A stretch of 63,095 nucleotides of DNA, filler included, from Hausera hauseri (GCA_046269625.1; 9 parts of 9 records of this genome joined end to end with filler, not necessarily neighbours in it), one strand, 5' to 3'. Shown: positions 26,974 through 39,470, counted from the first letter of the whole stretch. Notes: generated by a model not told the origin, from the letters alone. Translations and numbers: made by a program.

Positions 26974-27042
26974 AATACGGGGTAAACCTTAAGAAAATGA
27001 AATAAACAATTTGCTACAATTAATTTTATTGATAATTTAATT

Positions 27043-27465
27043 TTATTCTATGTCCAATATTGTATAGGGTTGTGGGTTTCTCCACGCTTCCGGCCAGCTG
27101 CCGTCGACCTTATCGATCACTAGTACTATAGAGGATTGACTATCCGAGTTCAAGTATGTAATCAGTCCTTCCGTAATATAAAAGTCCACCGTTTCCAGGC
27201 AGTAGGGGCATAATTGACAACACGTTAAATATTCAAGGATGCATGACTGGCAAAATATATGCCTACACGACAGAGTGGCCAGATCGTCAGCTACTAGTTT
27301 GGAGCACACCCAACAAAATGTGCAAACTCTTCTGCAGCAAGGACAATTGTTATGTTCCCCCAACCAGATATTGATACAGTGACTGCAGTATTTGTTTTTA
27401 CATGGTAGTATTGTCCTTTCGCCCATTATTTCTTCAAGGCAGATGGGGCATTTTTCGGTTTCCAT
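27043..27465 (-). CDS. Tandem double-RING protein
   Basis: CPICLEE..LPCKNKYCSHCINIWL..CPCCR (His replaced by Asn) and CWVC..LSCRHIFCQSCILEYL..CPYC. Confidence 0.85.
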   Translation of the reverse strand: METEKCPICLEEIMGERTILPCKNKYCSHCINIWLGEHNNCPCCRRVCTFCWVCSKLVADDLATLSCRHIFCQSCILEYLTCCQLCPYCLETVDFYITEGLITYLNSDSQSSIVLVIDKVDGSWPEAWRNPQPYTILDIE

Positions 27466-27612
27466 CCGTCTTCATTTCTGCTTCCATTTCTGTTTCCATT
27501 TCCTTAAACAGTAATAGTTTATTCCAGTTATATTTTATATTCGTTTATAAATAATTTCTTCCAATTAATAAAACAAATTTTTAAATGCTAAAATTTATTA
27601 GGTTATAACTAT

Positions 27613-27999
27613 TCACAGGTCAGCGATTCCTGTTAATTTTCTAATTTCTTGTATATCAACGTCTGTCAAGGCACATATAGGACATAACAAAAAACACCCA
27701 TCGTCTATGGTCATCACGTCCAATTTCGCGTCCTGTCCACAATAGGCGCATATAAATGAATCTTCTATCTGGTCCAATCTCCTGATAAAATCGCACAGTG
27801 GGCATTGGATTCTTTCGTTTTGATCTCCGTCAATCTTCTGACATATGATACACCCTTAATATGTCCCACATTAATACCATCGACTCTGATTCTCGTTATC
27901 AATTAAATATTCTTTGGTTATGTTAAAACAACTTTTGTATTAAAGTTTATTATGATCATCAAATGGGCATGTAAACCAGTCCGTTGGGCCCAAACACAT
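27613..27999 (-). pseudogene. Decayed small Zn-binding protein with four CxxC pairs (not in the ORF track)
   Basis: One frame from ATG(27999) to TGA(27613), with three internal TAA: ..GCIICQK..QCPLCDF..ICAYCGQ..LCPICAL.. Confidence 0.6.
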
Positions 28000-28009
28000 A
28001 TAAATCGTG

Positions 28010-28309
28010 TTAATCCCCTTCTACCGGATTCTCGTCCTCCTCTGTTTCACTTTCTTCTTCGTCTGGGATCACCACTACGGTGGTTCCCCAACACTGATAG
28101 GATGTAGTTTTTCTCCTACAAAACGGGCACGACTGATTCTTCGCTAGCCATCTGTCTGCACAGTGGGTGCACATTATGTGAGTGCATCTTAATAATGCGT
28201 ATTTCCGTCCAAGTGAGCCAAAACATATATCACACTGTGCTGATTCATTTCGATCACCTGAAATTATCTGGGGTAATAAACTTGTTATTATTCCAAGCGT
28301 ATTTTGCAA
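28010..28309 (-). CDS. Small C3HC4 RING-finger protein with an acidic tail
   Basis: CDICFGSLGRKYALLRCTHIMCTHCADRWLAKNQSCPFCR..DEEESETEEDE. Confidence 0.88.
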   Translation of the reverse strand: MQNTLGIITSLLPQIISGDRNESAQCDICFGSLGRKYALLRCTHIMCTHCADRWLAKNQSCPFCRRKTTSYQCWGTTVVVIPDEEESETEEDENPVEGD

Positions 28310-28434
28310 TAAAGTGAAATCCCCTTATTCAACTATTTGTCAATCAAAGATATTTCTTAATATTTTATTCTCTAAATTGAAGTTCTTTTTGTTTTTCATA
28401 TTACTGTGCTCCTCACTCGGGGTACCAGTTTATA

Positions 28435-29125
28435 TGTTTTGATACAGGGGTCTTTACCTACGGCTGACCTTAAGTCGTATCCACATATAAAGGATTTATT
28501 TGTCAGATGTGCATACACGATAATCTCCGTCTTAGGATATCCCGATGTACATGCCATAAACACCATTTCTTCTCGAAATCATCTCATATCTGAAGGTGTG
28601 TATGTGAGTTAAATTCAATATAAATGCCAAACATTTTTAAGTGCTTGCTGTATATCCACACGGCTAGAATTTACCCTAATATTTTGTCTATTCCGTATAG
28701 TCTCATTAGAGTTAGATATTCTTTGCATATTCTCAATAGTTATATAAATGTTTCTTTCTAGATTTAAGTCTCTGTTTATTCTCGATGACAATGTTTCTTC
28801 TAATGTTTACTCCTTTCTTTATCTTTCGTATACACATAAATATACACATGCTTATCTTTCTGTTAGTATGTTTAAGATGATACTCCTCAATGGTTCAATA
28901 TGCTTTTCTTCCATTACTTCTCGCTCCCTATCAAATTTGTTATTATTATTAAACATTAACTACCGTAATGATCCTTTTCAAAAACTATAAGGGGTATATT
29001 TGTCAAATTAATCACTGCCTACCTATATGTGTCAATATGATCAACAGATATTCATTACAAAAGCATTATTACGTTAACTTTTGGTTCAAATACAATAACG
29101 AATTATACCAAATATAATAAGTAAA
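28435..29125. repeat. Left arm of a ~690-bp diverged inverted repeat
   Basis: Reverse complement of 29518-30210 (e.g. gatacaggggtctttaccta / taggtaaagacccctgtatc). Confidence 0.9.
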
Positions 29126-29387
29126 GGGATAATCATTGTATGTACTAGTTTATGACAATAAAATTTAGATTACAATAAAGAATATTAATCAATTTAGTTA
29201 TCATAATCCAAACAATTTCTATGAACAAAACAACAGTTACACCGGCGCCCTCTAAAAGGAGAAAAAATCGTTTCTAAGTAATGTGTATATTGTATCATCC
29301 ATTGGGTAATTCTCTAATCAAATAGTTTGTGCCACCTAGGCTATTCACTCTATCTTAGCCCTATCAATATTACCACCATCCGGGAAT

Positions 29388-29615
29388 TCAATCTATCAAC
29401 TCAACGATCACCGTTCTCCAATTAGGATACATTATACATTTCTCTAAACAACGCATGGTATGCACGTCAGTAAACAATAAATTCCGTCGGTCCTCATCCG
29501 TTATTCGAATATAGAATTTTACTTGTTGTATTTGGTACAATTCTTCGTCGTATTTAAACCAAACGTTAACGTTATGATGTTCTGGCAATGAGTATCTGTT
29601 GATCCTGTGACACAT
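29388..29615 (-). CDS. Small hypothetical ORF starting in the right repeat arm
   Basis: 75 aa. A frameshifted paralogous start lies on the + strand at ~29026 (..INRYSLQKHYYVNFWFKYNNELYQI*). Confidence 0.4.
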   Translation of the reverse strand: MCHRINRYSLPEHHNVNVWFKYDEELYQIQQVKFYIRITDEDRRNLLFTDVHTMRCLEKCIMYPNWRTVIVELID

Positions 29616-30210
29616 ATAGGTAGGCAGAAATTAATTTAACAAATATACTCCTTATAGTTTTGAAAGGGATTGTTGAAGTAGCTGATGCATAATAATAACA
29701 ATAACATAAATTTGATATAAGCAAGAAATAATGGAAGAAAAGCATAAGGGACCATTGAGGAGCATCATCTTAAACATACTAACACAAAGATAAGCATGCG
29801 TATATTTACGTGTATACGAAAAATGAAGAAAGGAGTAAACATTAGAAAAAACATTGCCATCGAGATAAACAGAGATTTAAATCTAGAAAGAAACGTTTAC
29901 ATGACTATTGAGAATGTGCAAAGAATATCCAACTTCAACGAGACTATATGGAAAAGACGAAAATAATAAAGTAAATTCTAGCAGTGTAAATGTACAGTAA
30001 GCACTTAAAATGTTTGGCATTTATATCGAATCTAACTCACATACACGCCTTCAGTTATGAGATGATATTTGAGAAGAAATGGTGTTTACGGTGTTTACAT
30101 TATGGTATCTTGAGACAGAAATTACCGTGGAAACACATCTGAAAAATGATTCCTTTATATGTGGATACAACTTAAGGTCAGCATTAGGTAAAGACCCCTG
30201 TATCACAACA
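29518..30210. repeat. Right arm of the ~690-bp diverged inverted repeat
   Basis: Reverse complement of 28435-29125. Confidence 0.9.
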
Positions 30211-31069
30211 TTATTAATAACCTGGTGATTTATTATTATTTAAAGAAATCTTAAAAAAGTCTCTTTGATTGATAACTCAGAATCAATACTGAACTTCCAA
30301 AATAATAGAATCCGGATTAGACCTATTATCGATTACAAGTAATATTTCGATTAAATTGTCGATGAAATTTTCATGATTTTAGAAATGAACAGACGAAATG
30401 AATTAAATAATGCCATGGATAACCATATTGGTGCTCGAGGAGAAATATTTGCGCTAAATGAATAGTTCACTCAGATTGGTAAATAATTTTTTAAATTCAA
30501 ATTTATGCCGCTATTTGTTTATTGATGTTAGATTTGTTGCCTTAATAGAATTTTTATTCGGAATAATAATTGTTGTGTATCTTTGATGGTTTGAAGAGTT
30601 GAGTTATTTTGATTATTTAATATTAATATGGTAAATTAATATAGGTATAATATTAAATAATTAATATAAGTTTTACATTATTCATATAATAAACATTGAA
30701 TTATTTAAGTGCGTCAGTGAGAGCTTGGTTCCAACTGCATTTAACTGATGTGAAATATTTAAACAGGTGCAGGTAAACTTGAGGTTTATCCGACCACCCG
30801 TGGAACACGTAAAAATAAGTTGCACAAGCGCAGCTTCCGTAAATAAAATGTTACATTGATAACAACATGAACGATGACATGTTATTAGTGAAATATTAAA
30901 CGAATATTTATTAGTTCAGCAAAATATCCAGAAGGCACAATTAATGAAATATTAACGATGAAAAAACGGCAAAAATTTTGATAATTCATAAAAATTCTTT
31001 TGCACGTTAAAGGGAAAATTGAAGATGCGCAAATGACGTAAGTAGGGGGAAAAAGCCGTTTCTGGCACA

Positions 31070-31398
31070 AAGGGGGAGGGGGTCCGCCCACGCATCACGT
31101 GATTGGTCACGTGATCCACCTACGCGTCACGTTATATCCGCCCACGCGTCACGTGATTGGTCACGCGATGCGTGCGAAAAGTCACGTGATATTGTCCAGA
31201 CATTTGTTATTCTCACATGACTTCGTTTATTCTCACGTGACATTGTCTAGACTCACACGTGACATTGTCTAGACTCACGTGACATTGTCTAGACTCACTT
31301 TACATTGTCTAGACATTTTTATATGCACCATTGTCAAGATATTTATTTGCACCATTTTGACATTGTCTAGACGCACTTTACATTATCTAGACATTTTT
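31070..31398. repeat. CACGTG/CCGCCC/ATTGG-rich repeat block with 20-bp tandem units
   Basis: tccgcccacgc(a/g)tcacgtgattggtcacg(t/c)gat at 31083 and 31137; about four copies of cacgtgacattgtctagact at 31234-31315, decaying towards the contig end. Confidence 0.85.
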
Positions 31399-31498
31399 NN
31401 NNNNNNNNNNNNNNNNNNNNNNNNNNNNNNNNNNNNNNNNNNTTAATTAATTAANNNNNNNNNNNNNNNNNNNNNNNNNNNNNNNNNNNNNNNNNNNN
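31399..31498. other. Artificial contig spacer
   Basis: N44-TTAATTAATTAA-N44. Confidence 0.98.
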
Positions 31499-33625
31499 AA
31501 GTCCAAACACAAACGTATGTCCTTCTTGTCCTTTTTCCAAACACAGACCAGTGGAGTGTTCCACGGTGACTCGCATGTCTTAATGATGCCACTTTCTTCC
31601 AGGTCGGCTATCAGTTCTTCTACCTTTGGTTCCAAATTACGTGGTTGTCTTCTGCGGTTGATGGATATTGGTCCGCCGTTAGTACTTATCTTATGTTTCG
31701 TGATATGTGTGAGTCCAGTGTCCCATTTGAGCCATGAAGATGCTCTTGTATTTTTCCATTATCTTCCCGAACCGTTAGTTCTGTCCGGTGTTGAAGGCAT
31801 CCAAAGCGGCTTGTAGTCTCTGATCAGCGTTCCCTTGTTTGTGTAAGTATGCATCAATTTGACAGATACTACGGTTTGTTTCTATTTCTGACTGTTGGTC
31901 TTTTGTTTCAATCCTCTTGGTCAACCACATATCCCATTTTCTCAACATGTCGATTCCTACTATTACCTCTGGTCTTAGATCTTTAACCACATAAAACGTT
32001 GTCATTTCTGTTTCTATAAAAATGGTTACCGCAACCGTCGTTTTCCCGTACACTATAATTGCATTTTGGTTCGCGCATAATATTGTGCAATCGTTTGTTT
32101 TTATCAGCTTTGCCGTTTTTATTTTGTCGAAGACTCTTTTGTCCATAACGTTTGTGCCAGGTCCCGCATCCAGTAAACCTTTAAATTTCTGGCCGTTCAT
32201 TTTTAACCATACGCTAGGCCTTCCTTGAAAATCATCGTAGTCGATTTTTTGAGTTGAAATTGCACTTAGCACTCTTTCATTGATGTTTTCATAGTCCTTG
32301 GTCTGAACTTCAATGATTTCCCTGTTATCAGATTCTCTAGGAAATTCTTCAGTAATATTTGTAATGTATACGCTACTACAATAGTTTAACACTTGAGGTC
32401 ATTTGGGGTTCGGTTCATAAACTCTACTACAACTACTACTATTATTTTTACTATATTTACAGTTAACTACACTACTTTTACTATTTATTTGGTTAACTAC
32501 ACTACAATTTTTTCTACACTACGATAAGGATCAATAATTGAGTTACTTAGCATGCCCCCTCTGTCTTTCTTGACAGGGGAGCACGGTTGTTTCCCGATCG
32601 GTTCGTTTCGCTGTCGGATGTACAGTCGTACGACGAAACACTAAGTGGCCGTGGATACCGTTCGACGATCGACTCTTTTGTGAGTCTGCCGGACCCTGTA
32701 TATTCATCGTATTGCATATCGTGATAGATCGCATTCGTTGTTTATTCTCGTTGTTCGCGGCGTTTTTGGTAGCACTGCGATCCCAGATGCCCGTTTCTTC
32801 TGCAGTGCGGGAATTTCACATATGGGCAATCTTTTCGAATGTGGCCTTCTTCGTGGCATGCGTGGCAGTGTCTGTCTATGCCCTTTGTCTTGTTTACTGT
32901 TGGGCAGTCTCTTCTGATATGCCCTTTTCTGTGGCAATGCCAGCATTCTGTCGGTTTTTGGAACATGATTTGTGTTTTCTGTTTCTCGTCCGGCTGTCAT
33001 CTTGTTGTTTGTTTGTTGTTCCAACCATATAAGTTATGCGCTTTTTGTTGGGCCACACTTGCGTATGACAGCGGTGTATGACTTTGTCCAAAATTCGCAC
33101 TCCGATGTGTCCTTTCTGTACTTCGATGTTTAAAAGGTCGCGACTTCCTCGTTATCCACTTCGCGAAGTTTTTCGATCTTTCGCATGACGTCTCAAAAGT
33201 TGTCTACGGATTTTACTTCACATGTAGTGAATTCTTTCTTGGTTTCCCTGTCGTCCATGCAATGGACTAAAAAGGTTTTCACCAGTTCCTCTTTCGACAT
33301 CGTGTTGCAAAAGTTTCTCAACCAGCTCTTGTACTTTCATCAGGTATACTTTAATGTCGTCTGTGCCTTTCCGGTAACTCAGCAGTTTTGATATATCTTC
33401 TGTGACCGATAACGGTTTGCCGCAGGTTTTGCGCAGTCTATCTTCCCAATTTGTTATTTTCCTTGCCTCTTTGGTCTCTATTTGAAACAATCTGCCGTAT
33501 TCCGGTGAGAGTATTTTGTACACGATCCAATATTTCTCTTAGTTGGATAGCGTTATTCTATTTACTGACTCGGTGAAATCGATCCATTCATGAAAGTCTT
33601 TAATAAATTTTTCCAGACATGAGGA
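31499..33625 (-). mobile_element. Decayed Gypsy LTR retrotransposon: gag (three CCHC-type knuckles), protease, start of RT
   Basis: CWHCHRKGHIRRDC, CHACHEEGHIRKDC and PHCRRNGHLGSQC; protease GLLDAGPGTNVM..VIVGIDML; RT N-terminus GIIKTCESPWNTPLVCVWKKDKKDIRLCLD. Confidence 0.88.
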
Positions 33626-33837
33626 ATCGAATGATATTGTTATATTTTTCGAAAAGTTCGATATTCGGTATTCGAGCCAAAAAATGTTCTAATTTCGAAT
33701 ATTCGGCTTGATATTCGAGATCGCCATACTCGACTTCCTATCTGTCCCCGCTAAATGTTGTACCGAATTTTGACTCCTTAGGACCTAAAAAACCTATTGG
33801 AAGTCTGCACCAGTTGCGCTTTGGATCGATATTATTC

Positions 33838-34480
33838 GAAAATCAATCGATAGATTTAAATTCTATTTGCACATTCATATAGTGCATCGTATTTCCAATC
33901 GATTGCACCCGGTCACATGTCCTAATCATCAATATTGGAAATATTGGAAATCCGATATTATTGATTTTAGCACAGTTGCACATGTGCATGTGTAGTGCAC
34001 CGCATACAGGTCGATTCACCTCGACATGCTCTATCCATTAGCACTTGGTCCCGATCAATTCCATCAATCCTAGGCTGTACAGCAACAAATATGTGAAAAG
34101 TGTAAAGGTGCCATGGCAACCGTGCCCAAAGATACCCCAGCATCGGGCATTTCTCGTTTGGTAGTGCACCGTATGTACTACTGAGCAGTACTTGCCCCAG
34201 ATCGAAATTATCGATTTTTATTTTATACCGGAAAGGCCTGTGGTTGTTCTGTCTCAGTTGGCATTTTATTGAAAACCAATCGATCGATTTAAATTCTAAT
34301 TGCACATTCACATAGTGCATCGTATTTCCAATCGATTGCACTCGGTGCCTGGTGCTAATCATCAATATTGGCAATATCGGAAATCCGATATTATTGATTT
34401 TCGCACACTTGTACATGTGCTGCGCACCTGCACTATGCACCAATCGATGGGCACTAATGTGCACTATCCATTAACACTTT
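33838..34480. repeat. Diverged ~150-200-bp direct repeat (offset 433 bp) rich in ATCGAT/TGCAC
   Basis: gaaaa(t/c)caatcgat.gatttaaattcta..ttgcacattca.atagtgcatcgtatttccaatcgattgcac at 33838 and 34271. Confidence 0.75.
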
Positions 34481-34779
34481 GTCCCGATCGATTCGATCAA
34501 TTGTGCAATGTGCTGCGATCGATTTGTAAAATTTGCAAAAATGTACATAGCAACGGTGCCTAGCGGCACCGTCGCCTAGCAACTACCAATCGATAGTGCA
34601 CCATGTGCACTATCGACTGGCACGTGCACTATTGATTTTGCACTGTGCGACCCCCTCCTCGCATGGGGGTGATGCAGAACATACATTTTTACCCTACTGC
34701 GCGTATTACTTAGAATGATTCTATGTTTCAGGTTCTCTCTGTTTTTGCAGGAAGCGTACAAGTTTTGCATCAACTTTAT

Positions 34780-35495
34780 TGCACGCTCAGCTATATGATT
34801 ATGTCGTGTGTGTCAATGACGGATAACTCTTTCCATTGATTTTTGAATAACTACAGTGCCTTTTTGTAAGGCTTCAATGTATCAGATAAATTCTTAAATT
34901 CATTCTCATTGTACTTCTGATTACTAAACCACTGTTCTGTCCACTCATAAGAAATGAATCTGCAAATCTTCTCCAAATTCTTTCTCGCTTTATGTATATG
35001 AATGAGCGCCAGAAGAGCCAGAATGGTTCTTTAATTCCATCTGGCATTGTTCATATTTGGAATGTTCTGAAAATTAATCAATGGGAAATTCCTTTGATCC
35101 TCGTAGAACCTGAACACTCGTGGTACAAAAACTTTATATCATCTCTCCACCCTAATTTATCAAGAATTTCTGCAGTTCCATTCACAAACTTATCTTTCAT
35201 TTCATCATACTTATTCAGCAGTTCAGACACAAATTAGTATTCAATATTTGGAGATTTGGTATCACCCCCAAGTTCTTCGTCCATTACCAAACGGAGAATT
35301 CTGTCCAGTGCATGATGCTGACAACCGATAAATTGTGGTTTTGTGACGCTCTTTAATTCAAGCATTTGTTGGAATTTTAAAACAACTCCATTTCTTTTCC
35401 GAGTATTGACGTTGGTTGTATCAGTAATGATCATCTTAATTCAATTCCATAAATTGTATTCATCAATAACTTTGGGAATTCCTCGACAACAGTTT
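34780..35495 (-). mobile_element. Decayed hAT/hATm-like transposase fragment
   Basis: MIITDTTNVNTRKRNGVV..QFIGCQHHALDRILRL (DTT.xNT and CxHH motifs). Confidence 0.6.
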
Positions 35496-35595
35496 NNNNN
35501 NNNNNNNNNNNNNNNNNNNNNNNNNNNNNNNNNNNNNNNTTAATTAATTAANNNNNNNNNNNNNNNNNNNNNNNNNNNNNNNNNNNNNNNNNNNN
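35496..35595. other. Artificial contig spacer
   Basis: N44-TTAATTAATTAA-N44. Confidence 0.98.
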
Positions 35596-35923
35596 TGAGT
35601 GATTGTTTCTATGTATTTTACTTCTTATTAATTTAATTATTTTAGTTTAATTATTACTTTAGTTGCTTGGTTAACAATTTCTGTACATAAATCAGGAGTG
35701 GCATAATACCCATCAGTGAGTTTAATATTGCAAAAGCAAAACCTTTACATAAACTCAAGGATTTATTACTTATACACAATATTCACAGTCTCAGTTAATT
35801 GTCTGAACTGAAAAATTTAAAATCACGAAAATGATATTGTCTTTTGATTTTTGTTCGGTTCGCGTATTCTAGGTTTGAATTTGAATTGAGAGTTTTTGAA
35901 TTTGATATTTTGGATTTTTGTAT

Positions 35924-38900
35924 TTAGGGTTGTTTATTAACGAACCCTAACATATCTCCTTTGAAAAAGGGTTCGGTTCTTCGGGTCAGTCTACTGTTTA
36001 TGTCAACATAACTGAGCAGTTTGGGTTTAATTACCAGTGTGGTGTCGTTTATCGGGTTGATCCAATGACAGACGTTGGCATCGTTCATCGTACACATATG
36101 AGAAGTGGCAGTAGAGTGAGAGTTATCGGCAATATGGGCACGATATACCACTCTGGAAGGCCACGTTGGTTGCGCCTTCTTGGTTAAGTTTTTGGATGAA
36201 ATACGATCGTAGTTTGTTGAAGCATTTTGCGCAGAGTTCATGATTACATTGGAGCTGGGCGACTGTAATACGTGATGAAAAACATGTTATACTCATGAGT
36301 GAGGAGATTAGAAAAATTCAATGATTGTATCATGGCTAGGAAATGAGGAGGGGCTAGATCAGCTATAAGATCAAGTGAACATCTGTTTAAAACAGGAAAC
36401 CATTCTTGCTGTAATGCGGTTGGTATTAGAGGACTGTATGTAATTGATGGAATGGAAGATAGTGGTAACTCTGGTAATGGGTTATCAATACGTTCAACTC
36501 GATAACGAGCCTTGGCTATACAAGATGATTGGCGTTAAGGTGTCTTAAGTGTGATAGGGGTTATCTTACATTTGTCGTATGGTGGAAACGGCATGTAGGA
36601 AATTCTATTCCAGCGGAAGATTTCTGTAATGGTAAAAAGTATAGGGTTAGTAGTAGTGGAAATTGTGTTTTGGTAACAGTAAGTAATGCACTTCTGGAGT
36701 AGGCCTCCAATACCAACCTCATTACAGCAAGAATGGTTTCCTGTTTTGAACAGATGTTCAATTGATACATATAGGGCAGAAATAGCATAAGCTGCAGATC
36801 AAATATCGATAGTGGGGTTCCATTTGATAGCAATAAGAACAGTATTCAGCATTACAACAACTAAAATGATAGGCTGTTCTATTGAGCTTGTGGCATAAGT
36901 AAAATGTATGGGGCTGGAAGTAAGGGAATGAGAAGGGTGTTTTTGGATTCCATGTATAGTAATACGTTATATTATCAATTGGTTCAAGAGTATCGAGTGT
37001 TGTAACATCGAGTAAGGATTGGTCAGCATCGGATGGATAGGCATCATATTTAAGCAGTATTTAATTTCAGACATACATGGGGCAATATGGCGTTGGATTT
37101 GCTTGTGATTTGGCTCGATCTATACAGAATAGACAACATGTGAAGACAGGGTAATTCGGTGTATTACTTCAAGAATTACTCGGCACTTCATGCATTGGGG
37201 ATAATCTGAAAATAATGAAGGTCAATTAAGGTTTAATTCAGTGATTTTAAGATCTATATTATCAGTAATATCTTGAATATAGTAAGAGTTTGTTAGATAA
37301 TTGTACAATTGTCTAAGTAAATGAGCTTCTACTAAAGATGATGTACGTATAGGAATGGCAGAAGTGTGCAACAATTGTTCACTTAGACGAATTATGAGCA
37401 TTAGATATATTGAGAAATTTATGGCGATAGGATGGTGACTAAGGTCGAAGAAACTATTGGTATGGGAGACGGGTAATTTTAGTGAACATAGAAATAGATC
37501 TAGTTGTGCCGTTATAATAAATTATGCTTCAAGATATCTCTAAGAGGTAGGAAGTCTTCATTGTCAATTTTATTTAAGGTGAGGTCGTCTGTAATGCTTG
37601 TGAATGGTGTTCTCCAATAAATACCTTTATGTCTAGGGTACATCTTTTGTATTTAAATTTCGCCTTTAAATTCTAATATGGTAATGTCGACAATAGTTTG
37701 GTTGATGGTTATTGGGCTTGGTTGGTGGTGACGTAATTATAAGCCACAAGGACGAAGGATGGTTCCGAATATGATAGAGTTAATCCTTCGGGGGTTGAAA
37801 TATAATGTTATTGGTGAAAGAGGTTTAGGAATACTTATCAATTGATTGTAGTCCTCATTATAAGTTTTGGTGGGGTTACTTCTACTGCATATGCACAATT
37901 GGTTGAGGTGGCGAATGTCTAAAATAACAATTTTACTGGAGGAATAGTAATAATCACTGGAATCTTTTGTCAATTCATGGTTAATGCCTAAAATTGAGTC
38001 GCTGTAATTGACGTTGATGGACAGTTTACCACATAATAGATGAACGACTATAATGTCTAATTTCGCGGGTTTATCGGTAATGTTGAGTTGAGATAGTATA
38101 CAGACGGTGTCGGTTGTCGTTTTCTGTAGACAAATTTATCGGGGATAAAGTTGGAGTTTTCCAGATTTTAGGATATTCGGGATAGCTGTTTGATTAGGGA
38201 ATATATTAATACAATTGATCTACGCCTAGATAGGACGGTAACGCGTTATGAATCTGAATCAGTATACGGTTCTATTTTCAGTCTTAATACAAAACAAAGA
38301 AATAAAGATTTATTTACATTAATCAAATAATCCACTAAAACTAAGACATGCAATAGTATACATCAAATGCGAGTTATATACATCGATCATAGGATATAGA
38401 ATGTCGGTAAGAATAATGATAATAATATAAATATAATGAGTCATATTGAATAAAAATATTCATGGGTACTAAGTTGATAAAATGTCTCAGATGTTTATAT
38501 AATGATCTCCGGACGTATAACATCCATTAAGTGTTAGCGTTCGAAAGAACTAATCATTAAATGATGTATTTGAATGTCACAGATTGTTAGGTTTTGGTAA
38601 TTGAGTCACAGGAAGGATGTCCGGTCGTCTCCTCAAGATGGCGACTGCTCCATAGGTTCCAGTGAAAAGCACGCTTATGAGGGTAGTTTCTTCGTATGTA
38701 CCATGGGCGTAATTTACGTAAAATAAGTAGATTTTATTTTTAAATTTTTTATTTAAGAAAGTTTCCAATAGAAGGAATTGTCTAAACACTTTCATAATGT
38801 AACTGGGTACTGTGTAACTGAGATTGGTAAATGGCTTGAAATGTTTTGTTGCCGTATGCATAACCAAAAATTATGGTTGTCAGATTGTCGACCGTGTCGT

Positions 38901-39470
38901 ATGGCGCGCAATAAAGGAATGTCTCCATCACAGGGTAAATATAAAGGTGCTTGTGACTGAATAAGCATGAGTATGAAGAAATCGTGGCACTCGCTTATGA
39001 TTGCCAGACGAATAATAGTATTACCATTAAGACCTTGAAATTTCAAGGTGTCAGATGCGTTGTCGGCTAATTGAGTCATGGCTTCCCTGACTCTCCTCGT
39101 TTTCTGATGTTACGGCTAGCCTTTATGGGGTTGTTCCGACATTTAATATTGTTGTATATTCTACTGGATTAGTCGGTTCATCGGTACATCCTAACATATA
39201 GCATTCTGCCTCTGGTAAGGTTTGTTCTTTACTTTCTACATACGGGTAATAATCATCTTTGATAATTGATAACCATTTGTTATCACCGTAAAGCTTTTAG
39301 TTGTAGTCCGGATTATTTATAAGTACTTCGATTGGTCTAGTATTAAATGTTACTTTAGGAGTACTACGGTTCATTCTTCTACGTCGGCATATATATGTAG
39401 AAAATACCAATAACAATGACCATAAATGCGAAAATATTGGGGCAAATAGTTATTATCAACATGAAAGTTA
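35924..39470 (-). pseudogene. Long decayed intronless coding-like region of unknown family (a TM segment and a Cys-rich segment)
   Basis: Chain of minus-strand ORF fragments broken by isolated stops and frameshifts; TM-like IFAFMVIVIGIFY near 39400; Cys cluster FSCCNAEYCSYC..ICSLCYFCPIC near 36770-36860. Confidence 0.35.

Noticed and set aside
31234-31398. CRISPR-like array (also considered for 5976-6130)
   Set aside because: The units are directly tandem with no unique spacers, there are no cas genes, and the context is eukaryotic.
33967-34773. ORFs 33967-34464, 34300-34563 and 34576-34773
   Set aside because: They lie in an ATCGAT/TGCAC-rich repeat and have no protein-like motifs.
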